A DNA stretch of 32,979 nucleotides from an uncultured Candidatus Peribacteria bacterium (GTDB lineage Bacteria > Patescibacteriota > Gracilibacteria > UBA1369). Shown here one piece after another: positions 1 to 9,235 of this stretch (within the stretch, counting starts at the first letter, position 1; every line of letters begins with the position of its first letter). A program made the position numbers and the translations under genes. The stretch spans positions 5,856-38,834 of the forward strand of contig CAZJJZ010000011.1 in assembly GCA_964546505.1 (NCBI GenBank), written 5' to 3'. Below the pieces are notes generated by a model that ran no database searches, was not told the origin of the DNA, and saw only the letters and a list, made by a program, of their open reading frames with translations.

Positions 1-1
1 G

Positions 2-349
2 TTGATCCACGCCACGGAGAGGAGTCACAACTACAAACTTCGCGAGGAGGAAGTTCACCACTTGCTGGTGAGCGTCAAATCGCATCTGCGATTCTACGGG
101 TACAAGGACGAGATGCTCCACGCCATCCCGGTGGAAACCAGGGCGCTCACTCCCGAAGAAGAGGATCGACTTTTCCCCAACTTCCGCATCACTCCCAACT
201 ACGACCTCTCGCTGATCTATCATGTTTATGAACATGAAGATCTGGTGGGGGAGCTGGTGGCTGGAGTCCTGCGTAAGGTCGGGCTGCAAATCTTCACGAT
301 GCCGCATCAGCAGACGTCGCACGTTCAAGCAAGTCAGATCAGTTTCTGA
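2..349 (+). CDS. hypothetical protein, 5'-partial (frame open to window edge), GC-rich foreign-looking gene
   Basis: The ORF is open from base 2 to TGA at 347-349. Third codon positions are GC-rich, unlike the AT-rich neighbours. A GC hairpin follows at 387-422. No motif recognised. Confidence 0.45.
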   Translation: MIHATERSHNYKLREEEVHHLLVSVKSHLRFYGYKDEMLHAIPVETRALTPEEEDRLFPNFRITPNYDLSLIYHVYEHEDLVGELVAGVLRKVGLQIFTMPHQQTSHVQASQISF

Positions 350-386
350 GCTGAAGCCATCGAGCTTTTGGCCCAGAACGACCTGC

Positions 387-422
387 ACCCGCCGCGCTCA
401 CCCCAACCCGAGCGCGGCGGGT
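387..422 (+). terminator. GC-rich stem-loop between convergent genes (possible bidirectional terminator)
   Basis: Perfect 13-bp stem ACCCGCCGCGCTC / GAGCGCGGCGGGT with a 10-nt loop, read directly. It lies about 40 nt after the stop of 2..349 and about 50 nt after the stop of the minus-strand synthase. No clean T-tract follows. Confidence 0.4.
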
Positions 423-474
423 TCTCACTTAATGATCAAACTCAACAGCTATCTTCTGCAAATCACATCAAACT

Positions 475-1377
475 TCAATAATACCACCATGCCCGCCAAA
501 TGGCTCTCGGAAACATACTAAAAGTCTTTTTAAAATTTTTCCGCCAAACCGCCAGCGGTTTTCGCGCTATTTTTTCCAAAACCTGTCTATATACAAAAAT
601 CGAAGTCAAAACAGCCAGTCTGGAATTTTTGGGAATAGCCTGAGCACCTTTAATAGCCACTTCATACTGGTCAAAAATTTCCCTAATCACTTTTTTCAAC
701 AAATTTTCCATCTCTGCACTTTGCCTCTCACTACCCCAATTTTCCACCTTCATCTGCAGTTTCTCCAGTTCAGCCACAGGTAAATAAATTCTCCCTCGTC
801 CCCAATCCTCCTCAATATCGCGGACAAAATTTGTCATCTGCATCGCCCAACCCAATGCTCGAGCAGCTGCATTATTGGCCTTGTTATCTTCTACCCCCAT
901 AATTTTATTCATCATCAAACCAACCACTTCCGCACTGCCCAAAATGTAACGATTCAACTCCTCCCAATCATCATATTTTTTGACAGAAAGATCCCTTTCC
1001 ATCGACCAGAAAAACGCTTCAATCCAGGCGGGATCAAACTTAAACTCCTCCAACAATTTAGCCATTTCTAGACAAATTTCAGTTTCAATTACTTTTAAAT
1101 CGAAGCCACTTTTCTGCCATTTGTCCCAGGTTTTTTGCCAATCTACTGGAATATCTTTTTGATCATTTTCCAAAATCTGTAGCCAATTCTTGCGCAACTC
1201 CTTTAGGGCTGATCTTGGCTCCGCCACTGGATTATCAACCACTTCATCGCCGAGTCGTAAAAAGGCATAGAGTCTAAAGACATTTTGTCGTACTGGCTGG
1301 GGGAAAAGTTGAGATGACCAATAGTAAGTCACACTGTATTTCTTTACCAATTGTTGATAAAACTTCTCTTTCTCCAC
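475..1377 (-). CDS. squalene/phytoene synthase family protein
   Basis: 300-aa ORF with both Asp-rich motifs of the family: FLRLGDEVVD (DxxxD) and VRDIEEDWGRGRIYLP (DxxxD followed by GRxYLP). Confidence 0.8.
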   Translation of the reverse strand: MEKEKFYQQLVKKYSVTYYWSSQLFPQPVRQNVFRLYAFLRLGDEVVDNPVAEPRSALKELRKNWLQILENDQKDIPVDWQKTWDKWQKSGFDLKVIETEICLEMAKLLEEFKFDPAWIEAFFWSMERDLSVKKYDDWEELNRYILGSAEVVGLMMNKIMGVEDNKANNAAARALGWAMQMTNFVRDIEEDWGRGRIYLPVAELEKLQMKVENWGSERQSAEMENLLKKVIREIFDQYEVAIKGAQAIPKNSRLAVLTSIFVYRQVLEKIARKPLAVWRKNFKKTFSMFPRAIWRAWWYY

Positions 1378-1383
1378 AAAAAA

Positions 1384-1392
1384 TGCTATAAT
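1384..1392 (+). promoter_or_regulatory. extended -10 box TGCTATAAT
   Basis: TGnTATAAT lies 21 nt upstream of ATG 1414. It is one of five TGCTAnAnT boxes placed just upstream of first genes of units in this window. Confidence 0.3.
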
Positions 1393-1413
1393 ATTCAGAT
1401 CAAATTATATCCA

Positions 1414-3048
1414 ATGGCAGACACAAATACAGCACAAAAAACAGTTGAACGAAGTCTTGATGGAGCCATTGGCCAGGCTCTTGATCGTGAAGTAGGGAGG
1501 CAGGAAGCACGAAAACAAATTCTTGAAAAATCCAAAAATCAGCGTCGAGAAGTGGTTAATGTAGACACAAGTCAAGCCACCGCTGTCAGCAAATCAGAAA
1601 GAACTTCTTTAGCTAAGGAAGTAGCAAAATCTGCTTTCGAAAAAACTCCCGATCAATTTTTGGCTCTCGCTCAGGAAGTACAGTTGCAAGCCATAACTAA
1701 TCTCAAAAATAGTGACCTGAAAGCAGGTGTCTCTGCTACAATTGATTTTGGTGGTAATAGTGCCATTCAGCATGCTGTCGGGCTGGCTTCCATTTTGCCA
1801 GCCGCTGTCAAAGAAGTCAGTGTGAATGGTCAAAAGGGAGTCAGAAAAGGCATACAAGGCAATTTTTATACTGCCGAAGGTCGCTACCTGGCAATCGTCT
1901 CCGGTGACTCTCTGGTAATAGAAAAAACCGCTGATCAACAAACTCTCATTAAAGAAGAAAAAACTTTAGAAAATTTAGTCAAAGAGTGGTTTCAAAAAAT
2001 TACCAAAACCGCTATTGATAGCGAAAACAAGCCGCCCGAAACAGAAATTAATAAAATTTACCAAGAAGCTGCCCGTTTCGATTTGCAGCCGCAATTACTG
2101 CTTGCCATCAGATCGGTTTTTAAAGGACAATACGGTAACGATCTCAATGGTCTTCCGGAAGCTCAGATTGCCACCGCTTGCCGCTACTTGCAGTCCGCTC
2201 AAAGCCTTTATCAAAATGAGCATCCCAATGTCGCTATTCAAAAATCCGGTAATTACACTGCGGAATTTCTGCAATATCTGATGGAGCATTACGCGCTTTT
2301 TGGGCAGTATTCAGCCGGTGGAGCAGCCAAAGCCGCGGAAGTGATTCAAGCCTATGCGCAGTTAAAAGGCATTACTTTAAACATTCCCAACGCTACCGAC
2401 GCTACGACTGCCAAAAACTCCCCATCTCAGCCCAGTCAGTCCAGACCAAGAGAATCAGCAGCCAAAAGCACTTCATCAAAAAACAAGGAACCCGAAATTG
2501 TCATCGAAGGAACCGATTCTACGGCTAATCTCCGTGGTATGGCCTTATTAGAAAATCGCGATTTTCGTGAAAAAGTTAAAAAAGTGGCCAACAATATTGG
2601 TTGTGCTCCCGAAGATTTAATTGCCATTTTCCAGTTGGAATGTGGACTCAATCCACAAGCGCAAAACTCTATTGGCGCGACAGGTTTGATTCAGTGGATT
2701 CCAACTACCGCACGTTCAACGTATCATTTGGAAGTTAATACAATTCGTCGAATGACGGCCTTGCAACAACTGGATTTGGTAGAAATCTACTTTAAGCGCA
2801 ACGGCCGCAACAAGAGCATTGATGACTTATATTTAAGCGTACTCTATCCCGCCGCCAAAAACCGCCCAGACAGCTATGTCATTGGTTCAGAAAGAGGCCA
2901 AGAGTATGCCGAAAAATTTTCCAGTCAAAACCCCTTTGTTCGTGGCAGGCTTGTCACCAAGGGTGACATCCTCAAAAAAATTCGGAGCATACGCCAAAAC
3001 GGTAAATTCGTTACTGCCTTTACTCGTCTGGAATCCGGTCAAAATTAA
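1414..3048 (+). CDS. protein with C-terminal lytic-transglycosylase (SLT)-like domain; N-terminal two thirds unknown
   Basis: The ORF track starts at 1351, but the first ATG with sensible context is 1414 (MADTNTAQ). The C-terminal segment FQLECGLNPQAQNSIGATGLIQWIPTTARS fits the SLT pattern E-[SC]-x-x-x-P ... GA-x-GL-x-Q ... P-x-T. No N-terminal signal peptide or TM segment is visible. Confidence 0.6.
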   Translation: MADTNTAQKTVERSLDGAIGQALDREVGRQEARKQILEKSKNQRREVVNVDTSQATAVSKSERTSLAKEVAKSAFEKTPDQFLALAQEVQLQAITNLKNSDLKAGVSATIDFGGNSAIQHAVGLASILPAAVKEVSVNGQKGVRKGIQGNFYTAEGRYLAIVSGDSLVIEKTADQQTLIKEEKTLENLVKEWFQKITKTAIDSENKPPETEINKIYQEAARFDLQPQLLLAIRSVFKGQYGNDLNGLPEAQIATACRYLQSAQSLYQNEHPNVAIQKSGNYTAEFLQYLMEHYALFGQYSAGGAAKAAEVIQAYAQLKGITLNIPNATDATTAKNSPSQPSQSRPRESAAKSTSSKNKEPEIVIEGTDSTANLRGMALLENRDFREKVKKVANNIGCAPEDLIAIFQLECGLNPQAQNSIGATGLIQWIPTTARSTYHLEVNTIRRMTALQQLDLVEIYFKRNGRNKSIDDLYLSVLYPAAKNRPDSYVIGSERGQEYAEKFSSQNPFVRGRLVTKGDILKKIRSIRQNGKFVTAFTRLESGQN

Positions 3049-3113
3049 TTTATTCATAATTCAAAAAAAAGCTGCGCATCAAAACTCGCAACTTTTTCAA
3101 TCTGATTAATCAA

Positions 3114-5270
3114 TTAATTAGTCAAAATCAACGGCAGAATCAACGGCTGACGATCAATTTTGGACACGGAATATTGATCAACGCTTTCACGAATATGCAT
3201 TTTCATTTCTTCCAGGCCAAAATTGGGGTTGCTCTTAGCCATCTCATAAAATGCTTCCCGTGCCTTTTTAACTATGCCATTCAGAATTTCCTTTGATTCT
3301 TCCATGTAAATAAACCCACGGGTCTCCACATTGATTTCACCAATCAACTCCTGACTGCGTTTATCAATTCTCATAATCAAAATCACCACTCCATTCTCAG
3401 CCAAAATTTGTCTATCCATCATTACCTGTGAACCAATATCTCCGCCTCCCAGACCATCTACCAGAATATACTTGGTGGAAACTTTTTCATTAGTTACTTT
3501 CACTTCACCATTGCGCATTTCCAAAACATCACCATTTTCTACCATAATCATTTTGTCCGCGGGTAAATCCAGGTCTTTGACCATAATTTCGCCATGTGCT
3601 TTACGCATAAAAAATTCACCATGCACCGGCATAAAGTACTTTGGCCTCACCAATGCAAACATCAGTTTCAAATCTTCTTGCTGACCATGACCTGAAGCAT
3701 GCACATCCATAATTTTGTTATGAATTATTCTTGCTCCCAAACGCGATAAATTGTTGATTACACGCACCACCGCCATTTCATTTCCGGGAATTGGCGAAGA
3801 TGACAAAACTACCGTATCGCCTGGTCCAATTTGTACATGCGGATGCTCATCCAATGCCATGCGGGAAAGCGCCGCCACAGGCTCTCCCTGAGAACCGGTA
3901 GTCAAAATAATCGTTTTATTTGGTGGCGTTTTTTTAGCTTTTTTTACATCACTGATTAGTCCTTGTGGATATTTTAAATAGCCCAATTCAGCCGCCATCA
4001 CACTGTTATCAATCAAGCTGCGGCCACTGAGAAAGATTTTTTTGTTATGCTTTACCGCTGCATCAATTATTTGCTGAATGCGGCCAATTTGTGAAGCGAA
4101 TGAAGCGATAATGATTCTTCCTGGTGTATCCTTGATTAAATGTTCCAGAGTTTCGCCAATTTTCTTTTCTGAAATGGTAAATCCTGGCTTGGTAGCATTG
4201 GTGGAGTCGGACATCATCAGAGTGACCCCCTTTTCACCGAAAGCGGTGATTTTGGCGAAGTCCGGCGGGACCTGATTTCCGGCGGGACTTAAGTCGATTT
4301 TGAAGTCTCCGGTATGGAGGATGGAACCCGCCGGAGTTTCAATAAATAAACCTACTGAATCAGGAATAGAGTGCGTAATTCGATACATTGAAACCTTGAT
4401 TTTGCCGAATTGAAAGGTTTCATCGGTTTTAAATACCCTCAAAGTAGCTTGATTCAAAAGCCCATGTTCTTCCAACTGTTTTTGAATTAAGCCCATGGTC
4501 AATTTTCCAGCAAAAATCGGCGGATAACCTAATTTTGGCAACAGATAGGGTATGCCACCAATATGGTCCAAATGTCCATGTGTCACCACAATGCCCTTGA
4601 TTTTGTGAACTTTATCTTTCAAGTACGTAATATCCGGTATCACATAATCCACGCCCAACATATCCGCCTCCGGAAATTGAAAACCCAAGTCAATCAAAAT
4701 TATAGAATCTTCATATTCCAAAATCATGGTATTCTTTCCCACTTCATCTAAACCGCCAATTGGAATGATGCGGAGTTTACCTCTAGGATCAAGTTGTGTA
4801 AAACCTTCCTGACGTTGTTTTTTGATGGCTACCTGGAATTTATGCCTCTGATTGAAATTGCCTTTAAAACTGGGATTATCCTTTTGATGGCGCCATTTAA
4901 ACTTGTTTTTAATATTACCATATTGCCCCTTTTGAATTGCTTGAACAGGCTGCTGCCCCTTGGCAGGTGTCTGCTGTGTTCTGGATAGCTGAGGTTTTTT
5001 TTGATTGGCAGGTAAATTGCCGAGATTTCTCTGTGTCTGTTGTCCGTGATGCGCTGTCTGTTGTCCGTGATGCGCTGTCTGTTGCGGACGGGGAGCCGCT
5101 GCATGTGACTGTACCGTTGATTGTCCCGGCTGATTTTGCTGATTTGGCGTTTGCTGTGGTTGTTTATCAGGTTGACCTGAAAACATTTTGCCAATATTAA
5201 GCGTTTGTTTGAGCCACTGGTCCAGTATATCTAATTTTTTTTCTGGTTCTTCTTTTCGTAAATCGTCCAT
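3114..5270 (-). CDS. rnj: ribonuclease J with about 165-aa Gln/Pro/Lys-rich N-terminal extension
   Basis: 718-aa ORF. It has the metallo-beta-lactamase motif VTHGHLDHIGG, the core starts at KLRIIPIGGLDEVGKN, and the beta-CASP-type architecture and length are typical of RNase J. Confidence 0.9.
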   Translation of the reverse strand: MDDLRKEEPEKKLDILDQWLKQTLNIGKMFSGQPDKQPQQTPNQQNQPGQSTVQSHAAAPRPQQTAHHGQQTAHHGQQTQRNLGNLPANQKKPQLSRTQQTPAKGQQPVQAIQKGQYGNIKNKFKWRHQKDNPSFKGNFNQRHKFQVAIKKQRQEGFTQLDPRGKLRIIPIGGLDEVGKNTMILEYEDSIILIDLGFQFPEADMLGVDYVIPDITYLKDKVHKIKGIVVTHGHLDHIGGIPYLLPKLGYPPIFAGKLTMGLIQKQLEEHGLLNQATLRVFKTDETFQFGKIKVSMYRITHSIPDSVGLFIETPAGSILHTGDFKIDLSPAGNQVPPDFAKITAFGEKGVTLMMSDSTNATKPGFTISEKKIGETLEHLIKDTPGRIIIASFASQIGRIQQIIDAAVKHNKKIFLSGRSLIDNSVMAAELGYLKYPQGLISDVKKAKKTPPNKTIILTTGSQGEPVAALSRMALDEHPHVQIGPGDTVVLSSSPIPGNEMAVVRVINNLSRLGARIIHNKIMDVHASGHGQQEDLKLMFALVRPKYFMPVHGEFFMRKAHGEIMVKDLDLPADKMIMVENGDVLEMRNGEVKVTNEKVSTKYILVDGLGGGDIGSQVMMDRQILAENGVVILIMRIDKRSQELIGEINVETRGFIYMEESKEILNGIVKKAREAFYEMAKSNPNFGLEEMKMHIRESVDQYSVSKIDRQPLILPLILTN
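5035..5084 (-). repeat. 21-nt tandem repeat (2 full copies plus 8 nt) inside the rnj 5' region
   Basis: GTCTGTTGTCCGTGATGCGCT occurs at 5035-5055 and 5056-5076, and a third copy starts at 5077 and diverges after 8 nt. It encodes the QQTAHHG QQTAHHG peptide repeat. Confidence 0.9.
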
Positions 5271-5372
5271 TTTTAATAAATAGTTATCGTGTTAATTCAA
5301 CGGAATCGTCTCTGTTCACAAATTGAAAATTTTGTTTTGAGAATTACTACCGTCATTGTATCAGGAAAATAG

Positions 5373-5401
5373 ATAATATCAACATTTCCTTGAAATTGCA
5401 A
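5373..5401 (-). promoter_or_regulatory. sigma70-like promoter upstream of rnj
   Basis: The minus strand reads TTGCAA - 17 nt - TATTAT. A second TGATACAAT extended -10 lies at 5355-5363. The leader to ATG 5270 would be roughly 85-100 nt. Confidence 0.35.
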
Positions 5402-5422
5402 GTAAGCTTCTTTTTCAGTACA

Positions 5423-6508
5423 TTATTTCTTTAACTCCGCCTCAATAAACCCATCCAAGCCACCCTCCAAAACCGCATTAACATCACGCTCCTCATAATC
5501 AGTCCGATGATCTTTGACCATAGTGTAAGGGTGTAACACATACGATCGTATCTGATTACCCCAACTCATTTCCACTCTTTCTCCTTTAATTTGTGAAAGT
5601 TCCGCGACCTGTTGTTTTTCTGCCAATTCAATTAGTTTGCCTTTAAGGATTTTCAAGGCTTGTTCTTTGTTTTGATGCTGACTGCGCTCACTTTGACAAG
5701 CCACTACCACCCCAGTAGGTAGGTGTGTGATGCGAATTGCAGAGTTGACTTTATTGACATTCTGTCCGCCAGCTCCACCAGCTCGAAAAGTATCTATCCG
5801 CAAATCTTCTGCTTTAATCAATACGTCATGATGTGTGTCTACATCCGGCATTACTTCCACCAATGCAAAAGAAGTTTCCCGTGAATTCTTGGCGTTAAAG
5901 GGTGAATTTCTAACTAGTCGATGCACACCTTTTTCACACTTCAAATAGCCATAAGCCATCAAGCCATTTATCAAGACTGTGACAGACTTGGTTCCCACCT
6001 CTTCCCCCGCAGACCTTTCCAGTATTTCCGCACTATAGCCCTTTTCCTCCGCATAGCGTAAATACATTCTTAACAAAAGATCCACAAAATCCATTGCGTC
6101 TTTACCACCTGTACCGGCATGAATACTCAAAATAGCCGGGCAGCTATCGTACTTGCCATTCAAAAAAGTCCTTATTTCCAGCTTGCGCCATTTTTTTTCT
6201 AAATCATCAATGATACCTTTTAGCTCTTCCCCCTCAGCAGGATTATCTTCATATTTTACCGTATTCATTAATTCATTCACCTCTTGCATTTCTTCACCAA
6301 TTTTTACCCACTGCTCTTTCTCTTTTTGCAAGGCCGCCAATTCTTTACTTACTTGTTGTGCCCTTTCCGTATCATGCCAAAAACCCTCTGCTTGTGTCGC
6401 TGTGTTTAACTCCTCTATTTGTTTATTTAATGCGCCTAAATCGATTTTTTCCAAAGCCTTGTTGATTTCCGCCGAAATCCTTTCCAGCTTTTGTTTGTGC
6501 TCGTACAT
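5423..6508 (-). CDS. prfB: peptide chain release factor 2 (uninterrupted, no programmed frameshift)
   Basis: 361-aa ORF with the SPF tripeptide (VRNSPFNAKNSRETSFALVEV) and the GGQ motif (AGGAGGQNVNKVNSAIRITHLPTG). The reading frame is continuous from the first Met. Confidence 0.9.
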   Translation of the reverse strand: MYEHKQKLERISAEINKALEKIDLGALNKQIEELNTATQAEGFWHDTERAQQVSKELAALQKEKEQWVKIGEEMQEVNELMNTVKYEDNPAEGEELKGIIDDLEKKWRKLEIRTFLNGKYDSCPAILSIHAGTGGKDAMDFVDLLLRMYLRYAEEKGYSAEILERSAGEEVGTKSVTVLINGLMAYGYLKCEKGVHRLVRNSPFNAKNSRETSFALVEVMPDVDTHHDVLIKAEDLRIDTFRAGGAGGQNVNKVNSAIRITHLPTGVVVACQSERSQHQNKEQALKILKGKLIELAEKQQVAELSQIKGERVEMSWGNQIRSYVLHPYTMVKDHRTDYEERDVNAVLEGGLDGFIEAELKK

Positions 6509-6634
6509 TCTTCAAATTGTTTAAAAGGCAGCTTCCCTCGTCCCAACTATTACCAGCTGCCCTTTTATTATACCTATTCTTGGCCTTTTCGCCTAGCTGT
6601 AGTTTTATTTTGCTCTCCCCTTTACGGCAAATTC

Positions 6635-6643
6635 TGCTAGAAT
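6635..6643 (+). promoter_or_regulatory. extended -10 box TGCTAGAAT
   Basis: TGnTAGAAT lies 29 nt upstream of ATG 6673 of the flippase gene. Confidence 0.35.
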
Positions 6644-6672
6644 GCCAGCCGTAAAATTAATGCAGATTATCA

Positions 6673-8397
6673 ATGTCCAATGTCGCGCGTAAAATTCTCT
6701 TCAACACTTTTTCTCAAGTGGCAGCAAAATTAGTGTTGGCCGTTTTCGGTATCGTCACGCTCAAAATTCTGACTAACTTTTTGGACATTTCCGGTTATGG
6801 TTTTTACCGCTCCATTTACGAATATTTGGCACTTTTCGCAATAGTTTCTGATCTGGGTTTATATACCATCGGTGTGCGTGAGATGACCAAAGCACCGGAA
6901 AAAGAAGAGATTATTTTGGGCAACCTCTTCACCATTCGTACCATTATGATCATTTTGATCATTGGCATTGCCATTATCAGTACTTTGTTCATACCAGCTT
7001 TCAATGGTCCGCTCACCTGGCTGTTCCAAGGTCAAAGTAGCATGCCGGCTGGACCTGCGCCCTGGACAGTAGCTGCTTGGTCAATTCTGATCGCCGGGGT
7101 GACAACAGTTTTCGCTATTTTAACTGGTACAGTATCCACCACCCTACAAGTACATTTAAAAATGGAATGGAATGCACTCGGCTCAGTAATTGGTAAAATC
7201 GTGGCCTTAGCCTGGATGGTTTTTGTCACCTTCATCTGGTTTCCGCATTGTCAGGATGGTGAAACTCTAACTTTTCTAAATCAAGCCAGTAGCTGCAATA
7301 TTAGCGAAAATTCATTTTATTTGCTCTTGTTCGCGGGAATTATTGGAAACATCGCCATGTTCCTGATTACCTTCTGGCCGGCCAACAAAATCACCAAAAT
7401 CCGCTACCGTTTCGATTGGGCTATTTGGAAAGACGTGGTTTGGAAATCGCTCCCCTACGGCATAGCACTCATACTTAATCAAATTATTTTTCGTCTGGGC
7501 TCCATCTCGCTGCTGACCATGAAGAGCACCACTGAAGTTGGTTTATACGGTGCGCCCTTAACAATTTTGGAAGCGGCCGGGGTGGTGCCACTATACTTCA
7601 TGAACGCTATTTTGCCGCTGCTTACCAAAAGTCTCAATACCAAGGACGGTAATCACCACAAAATCATTCAATACTCTTTTGATTTTCTGATGATGGCTTC
7701 ATTACCGATTGCAGCTGGAACCTTTATCTTGGCATATCAAGTGATCGCCTTGGTAGCTTCTCCTTCTTTTTTGTCCAATCCTGCCACCGGTTTTTTTGGT
7801 TCAGACGGCGTTTTGCAAATTTTAATCGTCGCCATCGTATTCAGCTTCATGAACGGGCTTTTCGGCTACATCTTAATCGCCGCTAATCAACAGCAAAAAA
7901 TGTTGTCCAGAAACGCCAGTGCTGTAGTTTTAACTATCATTCTGCACGCCTTTTTAATACCGGTTTACAGCATTCAAGGTGCCGCTTTTTCCAATATCAT
8001 TACTGAAATTTACATCACCTTAGCCAGCTTTTGGCTAGCTAAACGTTTTGTAGATTTTAAGTTGTCTCTTTTGCCGTTCGCGAAAGTGATTTTTTGTACT
8101 GCCTTCATGTCAGTGGTCTTATATTTTGGCAAACTTTATTTCGTTGATTCCAACTTCACCAAAACGCCCTGGGCTCTCTTTCAGGCACTTCTCCCTTCAG
8201 TCAGTACGGAACGATTAATCGGCATTCAGCATCTTATTACTCTGCTTAGCTTGATAATTATCTCCGGTTTAATTTACCTGATCGGACTTTTCCTCACTCG
8301 TGTCCTGACTAAAGATATGGTAGCTATGGTTCTCAAACGCAAGCCGAAAGAGGCTCCAGCAGTAGCCACCGGTTTGACTGACAACAATTTAAATTAG
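6673..8397 (+). CDS. MOP-superfamily oligosaccharide/lipid-linked glycan flippase (Wzx/MurJ-like)
   Basis: 574-aa polytopic membrane protein. The N-terminus KILFNTFSQVAAKLVLAVFGIVTLKILTNFLDISGYGFY and the overall run of many hydrophobic helices are typical of polysaccharide biosynthesis flippases. Confidence 0.65.
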   Translation: MSNVARKILFNTFSQVAAKLVLAVFGIVTLKILTNFLDISGYGFYRSIYEYLALFAIVSDLGLYTIGVREMTKAPEKEEIILGNLFTIRTIMIILIIGIAIISTLFIPAFNGPLTWLFQGQSSMPAGPAPWTVAAWSILIAGVTTVFAILTGTVSTTLQVHLKMEWNALGSVIGKIVALAWMVFVTFIWFPHCQDGETLTFLNQASSCNISENSFYLLLFAGIIGNIAMFLITFWPANKITKIRYRFDWAIWKDVVWKSLPYGIALILNQIIFRLGSISLLTMKSTTEVGLYGAPLTILEAAGVVPLYFMNAILPLLTKSLNTKDGNHHKIIQYSFDFLMMASLPIAAGTFILAYQVIALVASPSFLSNPATGFFGSDGVLQILIVAIVFSFMNGLFGYILIAANQQQKMLSRNASAVVLTIILHAFLIPVYSIQGAAFSNIITEIYITLASFWLAKRFVDFKLSLLPFAKVIFCTAFMSVVLYFGKLYFVDSNFTKTPWALFQALLPSVSTERLIGIQHLITLLSLIIISGLIYLIGLFLTRVLTKDMVAMVLKRKPKEAPAVATGLTDNNLN

Positions 8398-8464
8398 TTG
8401 CCATCTTTCCCAAATCTGTTAATATTCGATTAGAATAGTTACGTTTTAATGAAATTTTTGCTTT

Positions 8465-9202
8465 ATGGAGAATAATTCCAAAGTAACAACTTCTTCAGTT
8501 GCCTTTTCCGGGTTGCTCAAAAAAGGTATAGAGCCTCGGGTCTTATGGCAGATCGATGCACTGGAAGTTAGTTTGCACAGCCTGATTGAGGGTATCATGG
8601 AGATTTCGCGTTCGAAAATGGCACAAGAAATTCCGGACATACATGAAATAGACTTAAAGATTTTTTTGGGAGACGGTGAAGATCGACGAACGGTCACCAG
8701 AGCATTATCAGTTGCAGAATTACAGTCTCAAAACAAAATTCAGGATATTGCCACCAGAACCTATCAATTAGCTCAAGCAACAGGTATTTTTATCACAGGC
8801 GCGGCTTTGTATGAATGTCCACAACCATTCCATCATTCAAATCCAAACGGTTTAAGTAAAGAGCCATCTCCCTATTTAGTTGCTCAAAAAAAGAGAAGAG
8901 AAGCCAAAATTCAAGCTAGAGCTTATTTCGATCGCAATTATTTCTGCAGTCCCAACTCCGATCAGTACATCCTCCATGATTTGTTGCAGTTTTGTATCAA
9001 ACTAGATTTGGATCCCAATTATCAAGGAATTCGCAAATTACCAGAACTATTGGAGGTGATGAAAAAAACAGCAATCATCGGTGCCAACGAAAAAACTGTA
9101 CAAGGCTTGGATTATCTGATTGCCGCCCGAGACGCTTTCCGAAAAAAACAATACCATGATTTGGTTAGGCATTTGATTTCATTGGCATTTAAGCAGGAAT
9201 AG
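8465..9202 (+). CDS. hypothetical protein
   Basis: 245-aa ORF with native AT-rich composition, 33 nt upstream of glyA on the same strand. No motif recognised. Confidence 0.55.
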   Translation: MENNSKVTTSSVAFSGLLKKGIEPRVLWQIDALEVSLHSLIEGIMEISRSKMAQEIPDIHEIDLKIFLGDGEDRRTVTRALSVAELQSQNKIQDIATRTYQLAQATGIFITGAALYECPQPFHHSNPNGLSKEPSPYLVAQKKRREAKIQARAYFDRNYFCSPNSDQYILHDLLQFCIKLDLDPNYQGIRKLPELLEVMKKTAIIGANEKTVQGLDYLIAARDAFRKKQYHDLVRHLISLAFKQE

Positions 9203-9235
9203 TCTACAATCCGGGCAGAATTTACCCTCGGAAAA

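Noticed and set aside
222-521. 99-aa plus-strand ORF overlapping the end of the 2..349 ORF, the hairpin and the synthase 3' end
   Set aside because: It is an out-of-frame overlap spanning a compositional boundary and a hairpin, with no support.
5035-5084. Possible CRISPR or minisatellite
   Set aside because: There are only 2.4 directly adjacent 21-nt copies with no spacers, and they lie inside a coding frame. This is a coding tandem duplication, not a CRISPR array.
4829-5200. ORFs 4829..5194 (-) and 4937..5200 (+) over the rnj 5' region
   Set aside because: They are alternative frames of the repeat-rich low-complexity extension of RNase J. The rnj frame is continuous into the conserved core.
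5423-6508. Programmed +1 frameshift site in prfB
   Set aside because: I looked for an early in-frame TGA and a split ORF. The RF2 frame is uninterrupted from Met1 through the SPF and GGQ motifs, so the classical autoregulatory frameshift is absent.
6524-6564. Stem-loop (GGCAGCT/AGCTGCC core) in the prfB-flippase divergent spacer, possibly a prfB leader element
   Set aside because: The only good minus-strand -10 (TATAAT at 6567-6572) would start transcription inside the stem. No upstream plus-strand gene needs a terminator there. The function cannot be supported.
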